Of a stretch of 64,000 nt of DNA, positions 24,401 through 34,774 are shown in pieces (the stretch's first letter is position 1; each line of letters opens with the position of its first letter). The position numbers and the translations under genes are program-made. The notes below the pieces were generated by a model, which was not told where the DNA came from, made no database searches, and saw only the letters and a program-made list of their open reading frames with translations. Source of the DNA: Podarcis tiliguerta (Eukaryota); the NCBI GenBank assembly GCA_965153285.1, contig OZ229120.1, one strand, 5' to 3'.

Positions 24401-25590
24401 TTGAAATGAGTACAAACGACATGATGTCACACCTATGAGTTTTACATTAACAAACTGCTGGGAAATTTTTTTTTAATGCACAATATATGCCAAATTCAAG
24501 AAACAGCTTCTACACACTCAAAGAGATGCTGCCATTGACCTACTGGAAACCATGCATACTACCTCCCATAACAGTAAGTTCAGAGAAGGAAGAGATAGTG
24601 ACAATGTTGTTTACACTATTTGAATTTCCTGATTACATAGTCAGTTTCAAATCAGATGACCTCCAAATTATTTAAAATTATTTGGAACACACTTAAGCTG
24701 CCACTGTTATTGTAACTTGTCTCAATAACTAGCCATTTTCTCACTTTAGTTTTATTTTTTTTTACAGGGGGTGGGGGGGGTCGAGCTGCTCAACAACCCC
24801 TTCCTGTCCCATTCTAACTGCTTAGACCTTCTGCTTTCCACCCCATGCAACTGTTGCAACCAAGCAGGATGACCCATGAGCCTGGGAGGAGTAAAGTGAC
24901 CAGATGTGGCAACTGGCCTGGGGATCAATCCATTTCCTTACCAAGTCTGACTCTTCATCCTCATTGGCAGCAGCGGACAATCTCCAGGCAGTAAGTGCCT
25001 TCCTCTGCTTTGTGCTAATACTGCTCTTGCCAACGCCTCACCTGGGCCAGCTTTTCATCTTAATTGGCAGGGCCAACAGCAAATACCCAGGCAAGCTGGT
25101 GGGGAGGGGAGAATGTGGTCAGCCTGAGAATCTGGATCGTGGGGCAAGGAGTCCCAGGGCTGGTAGTCAGTGCAGCCAGTGGAGCAGGGTGGCTGCTGCT
25201 GCTGCAGTCTGTTCTGGATGACCCTCTATAGCTTACCTGGGCTGCCTCTCATCATCCTATAGTTTGCAGCACCATCTGTCTGCAGCCACAAGAATATGGC
25301 AGCGTTCAGTGCAAATATATAAATGTACATAAGCCCACAACTCACATGCATTTGACTTGTGCACAGCTTTACACACTTAGCAAAAAAAACTAATTAAAAA
25401 GGGGGTGGAAGGGGCGGGCATGCAAGAAAAAATACTTTGGCAATCCCAATGCACCCAATGTGTTTGGACTATATATGATTTTGGCTTAAGGCATGATCCC
25501 CGGAACATAGACATCATGTAAGTTGCAGGCTTATTATAGTATAGCTATTACACATATCATCACATTAACATATCCAAAGACCATACATAC

Positions 25591-25674
25591 CTTTGAATGC
25601 ACTAACATCTCCATAATGTACTTGAAGTACAAAATATTTGCTGCCCTCTTCTCCTCCCACTTTGAATCCAACAC
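25591..25674 (-). CDS. PAM: PAM exon 7: GVGFKVGGEEGSKYFVLQVHYGDVSAFK, CuH ligand H168
   Basis: GTTAAG|GT ... AAG|GTATGT; 84 nt; YFVLQVHY motif. Confidence 0.98.
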
Positions 25675-26502
25675 CTTAACATGAAACAAAAAGCAACAAG
25701 TGGAAATTCAATAAATTGTATGCTTGTGTATTTTCAATAGAATAGTAAAATAATAACAGTGGGTAATATTTAACTTAAATTGAAATCCCACAATGTTCAT
25801 ATTAAGAACTGAAGTTGACAAGTTATTATCCGTGATAACTTTAAAAAAGAGAGAGCACAAGCAATGTTTTTCACATGTATTCTGCTAGGGGAATCATTCC
25901 TCAAGTACCCTTCAAGGGATATATAACACTGGAACTGAGAATTACGCATTCATTCTGGCTATGAAAAGCTAGAAGAGCAAATAGAAGCAGACAGACCAGA
26001 TATCTCAAGTTTCCTTTCCTTTTTTCTTTTTTTACAACAGTGGCCTAGTTCACTGTTGGTGGGAATATGGAACACAGAACTTTACTTGGTGTAATACAAG
26101 ATAAAAGAATCATCTTGACAGAATCCTGCTGCAAACCAAATAGATTTCACCAACAATCCATCATTCACAAACCATAAAAGTTTCCTCCGTAATAAGAAGG
26201 CAGCAGACAAGTTTGCTGTGGAATTACATTTGTTCAGTTCCATATTAAAAAGGTGGGGAAACTACCAAAACACGCACAACCTTTTGCAGCAGTTCACCCA
26301 GAGGAACAACACCATTCTTCCCAAGGAAAGTAATAATAATCATGAGTAGAGACATATAGAGCATTGCACTTAAGTCACTACAAGTTAACACACACACACA
26401 CACACACATTTACACACACAAAGAGACACAAAGAAAACATTTAATGTCCATCCTTACTACCACATGCTCATTTGGAATGTCATAGTGTGAAAGATCTCAT
26501 AC

Positions 26503-26588
26503 CTTTTGGTAGTCTTGTTGGTGGTGCATTTCTTGCCCAAGCATACAAAATATTAGATGTGTCCGTGCATGTTCCTCCATCACAGTCC
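26503..26588 (-). CDS. PAM: PAM exon 6: (W)DCDGGTCTDTSNILYAWARNAPPTRLPK
   Basis: TTTCAG|G ... AAG|GTATGA; 86 nt; ILYAWARNAPP motif. Confidence 0.98.
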
Positions 26589-26849
26589 CTGAAACAAACA
26601 CAAAGTGGGAAGTTTTTTTATTTTGGCTTGAGCATCTCTTTCATTTTAGGAACATTAAGCAGTTAACATTATTCTCCACCACAAACACTACGTTCAGGCT
26701 GAGAATGCCCTTTGTAATCATGCTTCTCAATGTGTTTTTAACTCCCTCTTCTAAAATTTACACTACCTTTTGAGCCTGCTCCCTCCAGCATTTTACCAGC
26801 ACTCATCTCTTTGGCAGTCAATATTTTACTTATTGTATTTACATCCATG

Positions 26850-27015
26850 GAACTTAAGGCAGTGTACATGGTCCCATTTTATCTTCACAACCACTATCTA
26901 AGGTACGTTAGCCTGAGAGTTTGTATCCAGCCCAATATTATCCAGGGAACTTTATGGAATTGGAATTTAGATATCCTTGGCCCTAGCAGGATATTCCAAC
27001 CACTATGCCATGCTA
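26850..27015 (-). mobile_element. Degenerate MIR-derived (Squam3-like) SINE
   Basis: Similar to the copy at 57005-57370 (ttttatcttcacaacc...gttagcctgagag...cagcccaa). Confidence 0.45.
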
Positions 27016-27134
27016 GCTTACAGGCAAGCACACATAGCTCTCTCAGTGTGAGAGGCAAGCACACATAGCTCTCTCTGCTGCTGTTTGATTAAGGACTTAG
27101 ACAGTACAGTCCAATACTGGTGTTAAAAATGGAA

Positions 27135-27814
27135 TGTAACAGTACATATCAGATGTCCCCCTAAACCAGCCACTACCCTGGCTCCTGCCCAACACGCACA
27201 GACAGAGGCTCATATTTGTAAGCAAAGAAAAGATATTTATTCAGGGAACTAACAGTATAGAGTCAGCAGCAGACACAGTGCTCAGAAGTCACAATTCAGA
27301 TGTTCAAGCAATGAAGATGCACCAACAAGTTTCCCCGCACCTCCCACCAGCTTTTAAAGACAAGGCATGGAGTGCTCAGTCACAATTTTCCCTTGCCTTA
27401 CAGGAATACCAAGATTGCAAGCATGCACTCCATCAGGATGAGTAGGTGAGCTTCCACCTGTGAAGGTGGCATTTGATTCTAGGTGACAAGGCTACACTCT
27501 CCTGTTCAGTCACTGCCACCTCTGTTTCAGCCTCCTCCTCAGCTGATCAAAGCCCTTCCCAACCTGTATTGAGGCTCTCTGCTCTTCAGGAAGGGAGGGG
27601 AGGGGAGGGGAGAGCTAGTAACCCTGATCCCCTTCCAAAGGGACTAAAGCTGGGGTGGAAAGGGGAGATCCCTCCTTCTCCAACTCAGGTTCCCACCATT
27701 CAGTCCCGTCCTCCTCCTGAGTCCTAGTCTACCACCCCATGTCAAACGACAACAATGCTGAGGGCTCATGGCAGCCAGTTAAGGAAGGTTGCTCTGTTCA
27801 GAAGCTCCCATACA
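27135..27814 (-). mobile_element. Possible solo LTR
   Basis: TG...CA candidate ends; minus-strand TTTAAAAG (about 27351-27358) followed by AATAAA (27241-27236); no TSD found. Confidence 0.3.
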
Positions 27815-28954
27815 AATGAGCATCTACTGTGGGTGGAATAGTTTCTCGGGCAGCTGAATGTTAAACTATGCTGCAAACATGAAATTCCCTGGCTTAGAAT
27901 TTTGTCATCCTGAAATTTTGTGCCCATCCACGGGACTCGAGAACCATTACAGAGTTTTTTGCACAGAAAATGGTCCTGGAAGCTTGTGTTTTAATTTAGA
28001 TTGCAAAAGTCACCAGCAGAAGAAAAGAAACAAAGAAAAATCCTTAGAGACCCTGTATTTTGACTTGAAGACTATGCAAGATTTATTATAATATGATCTA
28101 TGTTCCTGTATTCAAGTATAATTCTTAATATTTAAACTAATCCCCACACTATGAAATATCTATCATTCCATGTGACATTTGCATCCATTATTCTCTTCTT
28201 CATATATACCATGGCATGATGAGCGTAGTTGAAGATCTATTTTTGACACCACAAGAATTTAGCCCTTAGAATCACAAGGTTAATTAGACTGAACATTGCT
28301 TCTTCCCACTAGAAAAAGCTTGGCATTTCCCCTTGGGCTGACCATATAGAAGATAACCTTGATTTTATCTCTTTTCAGAAAGTAATAAATACATTCTTAG
28401 TTAGTGGGGGAAAGAGACTTAACTTTTTCAGCTATGTCAGTAGCTGCTTCCAATATATTTATAATGAAGTTCTTTGGAAAGAAATTTCCAAAATGAGTTA
28501 CAATGCTATGCCTCCAAATAATGAAAGTAATTAACTTCTGTTCCAGCAATTCAATTTTTAAAATAAAAAACCTATCCACATGCAACATAGGAAGTGATTT
28601 TATAGCAAGTCAAATCATTGGTTTATCAGGTTTAGTATTATCTAAACCAGTTAACCAACCAAACTGGATAATCCCCATAGGATAAACCATGTTGTCATCA
28701 GAAGTATTTTGAACCCTACATAATGCTGCCACTCACAGTGGGCTCACTTATACCATGCCCTGTCTGCCAAGAGAGAGATAATGGTAGGATTTTCCTTTAA
28801 TGAGCTTTAGTGAAAAAGGCACTGTTGCAAGCTCAAATTGATCAGTTGGGGAGTGGGGAGGAGAAGAGAATTAGAACTACCTGTACAAAAAGCTTATAAC
28901 AGAGTGCTGTGCAAAGTTTCTGGTGGAGAGGTAAATCAAGACAGACTACTGGAC

Positions 28955-29105
28955 TGACATGGGGCTGCCTTTGAAAATCATCCAGAAACTTCAATTAGTG
29001 GAAAAAGCAGCAGCAACAGTTTTAAACAGAGTGAGATTTTTGGGGGGAAGCACATTGCCCCGCTACTATTTCAGCTTCAATAGCTGCTGGTGCGTTTCTG
29101 GTCCC
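28955..29105 (+). mobile_element. L2 LINE ORF2 fragment
   Basis: Translates GLPLKIIQKLQLVEKAAA, matching the L2 motif GLPLK..KLQLVQNAAAR. Confidence 0.7.
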
Positions 29106-29560
29106 AATCTGAATTCCATTGCAATTCCCAATCTGCAATTCCATTGCAACATATATCACTCACCTTGGTTTTCATGTCAAAAGAAAGGAGTGATATAAAG
29201 GCAAGAAAATAAATAAATACTTCAAAGACATTGGAAGACCTATAAGCCTTAGGACCGGTATAAAAGGGCCATCTCCTCCCATAGGTCCTGCCCTGCTACT
29301 ACTACTCCCTCAGAAGTGGCTGAAATGCAGAAATAGAATTTTCTTTGATATAGGGTGTCTAATGGAAATCTATTCAACACTGACATTTGTATGCAATTTC
29401 CCCCATACACATTTTTACACATCATTTTTCTTGTGGTTTTTACTAATAGATATATTATATGCATACTTTACATTAGTATATGCATTTTTGTAAACATTAT
29501 ATGGCTGGAGAACTGCATTGCAAAATTCACAGATGTGTTAATTTTGAAGAATGACTATGT

Positions 29561-29561
29561 T

Positions 29562-29601
<40 letters not shown>

Positions 29602-29633
29602 TGTTTGAGAGAGAGAGAGAGAGAGAGAGAGAA
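29561..29633. repeat. Compound microsatellite (TC)n(GT)n(GA)n
   Basis: Direct inspection. Confidence 0.95.
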
Positions 29634-30176
29634 TTAGGTAGAGTTGCATTTAAATGAGATTCAGTAATCACATTCATTCATCAAATGTGTTTTTATTTTT
29701 TCCACATAGGTAGAACTACTATAGCAGCTTTTTCACACTTTTTCTTAGGAACATACACTAAAAAAGAAGCAGCACATTTTGGATCTCAATTTAACAGCAA
29801 CAGACCTCCACAGATAAAATGGAAGGAGAAAACCTATCTGCAGTTTCAAAGAAATGTTGAAGATGCAACTTTCCTACTGTCATTTACAATAAGGAATGGA
29901 GTTATTCATTAATAAAATGCAGTTATTTCCTGGTCCCCACACTGCTCCAGTCATGTTTGGGTGAAGGAATCACATTAGATAAATAGATCAGCTGGAAAGC
30001 TCATCTCAGAGCTACTGTCCCATGGTACAGTAGACACGGACACAGTTAGGTTCACCGTAAGTCTTTCATTCAAATGCTTTTGGAAAGTTTTGGGATCCAG
30101 CCACGTGGAAGAATCAACTTTGACACTTCAATAGTGTATGAAACAGACTTTAGTCTTTAAAATCGGAGAGATTATT

Positions 30177-30263
30177 GCTGTAACCCTGATTCAATTTACC
30201 TGGGAGCAAGTCTCATTGATTTCAACAGGGCTTACTACTGAGTAGACATGGCTAGGATTGTGC
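30177..30263. mobile_element. About 90-bp palindromic MITE (second family; related copies near 36590-36670 and 58120-58200)
   Basis: Shared (g)ctgcaatcct ... ttact..tgagtagacatg..taggattg ends. Confidence 0.55.
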
Positions 30264-31797
30264 AAGTCTCTCCTTTTGTTTAGAGCAGATGCTTTCAAAC
30301 TGTGAAGCAGACCACTCTTTGTATTCTGGGACTGAACAAAACGAATCTGGGTAATTTCATAGTAGTTTCCAGAGTGCTACCAGTAGTTGCTAGCATGGCT
30401 ATACATGTCTCGTGTCCACTGGGGCAAAAGAGTGCACTATGTGAGAAGGGAGAACTTGGCATAACCTTGGTGTAGTAGAAAACACATGGTGTGTGAAGGC
30501 AAGAGATAGGGCAGGGAAAGAGGTGGGATGATTGCAACTGGCAAAAACTAATAGTAATTGCAAAGCCCATGAATGGTCACAGTTTTCTACTGTGAATTAA
30601 CAATGCAGCCTGTTCACTCCTCCTTCACCTCCTCCTTTTCTGCAAGCAGGCAAAAACAAACCAGGATGTCTAAATTTAGCTTGGCTTCCCATGATGTGCA
30701 AACCTGGCATCCTGGTTTGTTGCTCCCAGCAAGCCAGGTTCATAAGCCAGGGTTAGAAGTTAGCTTTGAGAGCACAAACCAGGATGCTGGGTTCATATGC
30801 CACCCTCCTAGATAACTTGCTCACAGATATGGGCTGTGCACACAAGGATTCTTCTCTTACAATAAGCCAGGAATCCTAGCTTTCCATGATGTGTAAATCA
30901 CACAACATCTATGTTGCAAATAAACCTATATGGAGGAAATGAACCTGTGAAACGGACAAAGCAAAAATCAAGGCTATGCGTGATCCAAGGTAAGTTTACC
31001 AATTACAAAATAGTAGGATTGTGTAAGAATATTTAAATGAGCACATGAATTCCAGTATAAAATTCAATTAAACATGAACTATTTTTCAGTAATAGATGAA
31101 CAGAACACCTTTCCGATTTCATAACTCTTTGGGGCCAAGTTAGCATTTCTGGTTACTTGTTTTATAGACCGTCCTTTTCAAATATTAATGGCCCAATCAA
31201 AATTTAAAAGGTATTTCAGAGCTGCTTCTGATTTATTAATAGCAACATCTTATTGATGAGTATGAAGACGTAGAAATTTGCAACTTGCTTCCCATTATGA
31301 AGCACTGAGGTTGTAGTTTTTATTGGGGGCTACAACCTTTCATCAGTTTGAACAGTAAATCAATCAACTAAGTTTTAGTGAATGAATCCATAGGGGGAAA
31401 GTTTAAAATGTGTGAGGACAAATCGCAATCAACATCAGCTTTACTATGGCTGTTTTTACTCTAGTGTACTACAGTAATATGTGGGGGTGGTGTGGGGGGG
31501 AGGATCCAAATGGGCATTCATCCTAGCAAAGAGTGGTAGTTTTGCTTTTCTAATTATACATTTTCATGTTTCCTTCAATTTATCAAAGTCACAGATCAAC
31601 CAGGCCTGCTTTGATAAATCTGTTGATTAAAATCTGCAACCCAAATTGCAGAAACGACAGAATGAACCTTTTTGAAAACACCATACCAACCATGCATTCA
31701 TCAAGCCTTCTATACCCCCTCTCAACCATACGTCATTCCCTCCTGACACAGGTAGCAAATTAAACCAATGCCATGAAAACAACCCTGTGCTCCTTAC

Positions 31798-31885
31798 CAG
31801 TAATCTTCATCTGAAGATGGATTGTTGCATCCAAAGAGCAGCATATGATGGACAGTGTCCATGCTAGCATGAGGTTTGAAGTCAA
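31798..31885 (-). CDS. PAM: PAM exon 5: VDFKPHASMDTVHHMLLFGCNNPSSDEDY(W), CuH ligands H103/H104
   Basis: CTTTCAG|TT ... TG|GTAAGG; 88 nt; VHHMLLFGC copper motif. Confidence 0.98.
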
Positions 31886-32438
31886 CTGAAAGACAAAAGT
31901 GATACTTACGTATGTCTTTTTTCTCAGTACATTTTATGGTTCTACATTAAGTTGCACGAGGACACTTATTTGTTCTCTTTCGCTCATACAACAGCAAATG
32001 GAGAAACACTATGGGATGCTGCGCTCATTATAACGACACAGCAGGAATAGAAATCAAAAATCGCAGCAAGGATGAAGTGCTAATATCTCAAGTTGTGTTT
32101 CAGCTCTCTCAATTTTACTTCTAAAGCAGGCAAATATGCCTTATTGGCCATGATACTTTTTAAAAAAATTGTTTAAAGTTTTTCTTATGCTTTTGTTACA
32201 CACTAATTAAGATGTACATTTTAAAGAAATCATTACTGTTTTTCATTGCAGGTAAAATATACAACTATGATAACATACCAGAATACCCTACTCAAGTTTC
32301 TCCTCTCCAAACATTCACTGCTCCAAGAGATGGCAGTACTCATATGCAATTCTCATACAAAAGTAACTTTTCAGTAATGAGGCAAAAAGATCATTATATC
32401 AAAATAATATTTCAAAGGCAAAAAGGAAGCTAGTAAGT

Positions 32439-33140
32439 CTAATAATGATTCCAAATTCTAAATGGAAATATATTGGGATTGAGGGGATTAACATCATTTT
32501 CTTTCTCTCTGTGTGTGTGTTTTATAAAAGCAAACAAAATTTTAATGAACTTATCGATTTTAGAAACACCATGTAAGGCTCTGAGTTTGTGTGCAAGTAT
32601 TTCCTTATAGGCTATGTACCAAACATTTTGATAAGAAAAAGTAATTGAAACACCATGCATATCCTTCCATTGTTTGGGGATTGTGAAGTACGCTGCCATT
32701 AATAAATGTCCAATTAAGGCCTTTTGGGGGGTCTCCACTTACCGTATTTTTTGCTCTATAGGACTCATTTTTTCCCTCCTAAAAAGTAAGGGGAAATGTG
32801 TGTGCGTCTTATGGAGCGAATGCAGGCTGCACAGCTATCCCAGAACCCAGAACAGCAAGAGGGATCGCTGCTTTCACTGCGCAGCGATCCCTCTTGCTGT
32901 TCTGGCTTCTGAGATTCAGAATATTTTTTTTCTTGTTTTCCTCCTCCAAAAACTAGGTGTGTCTTGTGGCCTGGTTCGTCTTATAGAGCGAAAAATACGG
33001 GACGTCTTTATTCTAATATAAAAAGAAATTTAGGAGAGAGAGTTGTGAGGTCCTGTCCAGGGACTGTTTAATAATTTTCTGGATCTTACTAAACAATGAA
33101 GTCCAAAAATGTAGATTAATGTGTACATTTAACCAATAAT
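32439..33140 (-). mobile_element. Degraded L1/Tx1-type LINE ORF2 C-terminal fragment, interrupted by a MITE
   Basis: Peptides HFWTSLFSKIQKII...LSLL and LLMAAYFTIPKQWKD...VWYIAYKEILAHKLR...KFIKILFAFIKH resemble the C-terminus of non-mammalian L1 ORF2. Confidence 0.6.
32742..33000. mobile_element. Tc1/mariner (Tc2-like) MITE with an internal perfect palindrome
   Basis: TA|ccgtattttttgctctata ... tatagagcgaaaaatacgg|GA (right TA altered). Confidence 0.82.
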
Positions 33141-34185
33141 TAAATATAAAAGGGGGGTAAGAAATACACAAAGACATTTTAATGACTACTGTAAACAACA
33201 TAACTCCAAGGAATATGTTTTTAGTTTCTACTGTAGATGAAACTCAAGTCTCACAGATGATCCTCCAACCCAAAAAAGAGAGGAAAGAAGAGGGGAGGAG
33301 TATATTTGAAGGTGGTAAACAAGAGTAGCTTTATCAATAGTTTTACTCTTCAGTGACAGAGAGCATTTTAAGTTTCTTTAACTAGGAAGCAGCAGGGCAG
33401 ATTCTTGAGGTGTATCATTTTAATTCTAATGGCACAGTAGGAGCAGGACCACAGGAGATCTGGTACTTTACAATTGCGCCCCCGGTTTTGCATTTTGAAG
33501 TTTAGCAGAACAAAGGAATATTCCAGGGGTGGGGGGAAGAAAAGAGATGAATACATTAATAGGGTAGACTCAATTCTACGATGACAGCTGGAGTTTTACA
33601 ATCCACTGAAGATGCTACAAAATCATTTTCCAATTGCTCTCACTAACTGTGATGTTTACTGACAGCACTATAAGACCAAAAGACTTCAAAGGGTGGCAAA
33701 GAATGTTAAATATTAAAATGTATTTCATCCACAAGAGAAATTATATATTAGCATTATGTGCAAGGGCAATGTTGAGCCACTCCTGTCATAGGCTCCCTCA
33801 ACTTTAGATTAGTCCATTACAGGGGTACATTTGTATTCCCACTGCCTTTTAAAAGACCATCTTCCAGACAGTATAATTTGATGGATTATTTTAATGCAAG
33901 TCAGATTTTCGGGGTGACCGGGGGGCTGCCAGCAGTGGTGGGGGAATAGGCAAGGAAAGTCCCATGGTACAAGTGAAACTCTCACATACCGCTGGATTTC
34001 ACCCTATATGTATTTATTTATCAGTGTTCTACATATCTCCCGATGTAGTGAAATATAATGTGACTAATTCAGTGTCCTCTTCTACAGAGTTTTTTTTTAA
34101 AAAAACCAACAACCCTCCCTTCATCCCTCTCTCTCTTTCTCTTAAACTACACCCAAACCTACTCACTATTCTAGAAACCACTATA

Positions 34186-34430
34186 CAGTGGTACCTCGGG
34201 TTACATATGCTTCAGGTTACAGACGCTTCAGGTTACAGACTCCGCTAACCCAGAAATAGTACCTGAGGTTAAGAACTTTGCTTCAGGATGAGGACAGAAA
34301 TCGCTCTCCAGTGGCGCAGCAGCGGCAGCAGGAGGCCCCATTAGCTAAAGTGGTGCTTCAGGTTAAGAACAGTTTCAGGTTAAGAACAGACCTCCAGAAC
34401 GAATTAAGTTCTTAACCCGAGGTACCACTG
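34186..34430. mobile_element. Tc1/mariner (pogo/Tigger-like) MITE
   Basis: TA|cagtggtacctcgggtta ... taacccgaggtaccactg|TA; perfect 18-bp terminal inverted repeats. Confidence 0.9.
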
Positions 34431-34533
34431 TACTGGTGAAATTTCATACGCATTTTCTAGCTACTAGGAAAGGAAGCATTGAAAAATTATGGAAGGGTAG
34501 GGTGGAAGAGCTGGAAATTTGGTTTCATATCTT

Positions 34534-34774
34534 ACAGAATAATTGAATTGTAGAGCTGTAGAGCTGGAAGGGATCGTAAGGGTCATCTAGTCCAACCCCC
34601 TGCAGTGCAGGACCCTCTACTAAAACATCCATGACAAATGGCCATCCAACTCTGCTTAACAACTTCCAATGAAGGAGAATCCACCACCTTCCGAGGGAGT
34701 CCATTCCACAGATGAACAGCTCTTACAATCAGAAAGTTCTTCCTGATGTTTAGATGGAATCTCCTTTCTTTCAA
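34534..34774 (-). mobile_element. CR1 LINE 3' end
   Basis: Peptide ERRFHLNIRKNFLIVRAVHLWNGLPRKVVDSPSLEV (CR1 ORF2 C-terminus) plus a CR1 3'UTR and tail. Confidence 0.88.
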
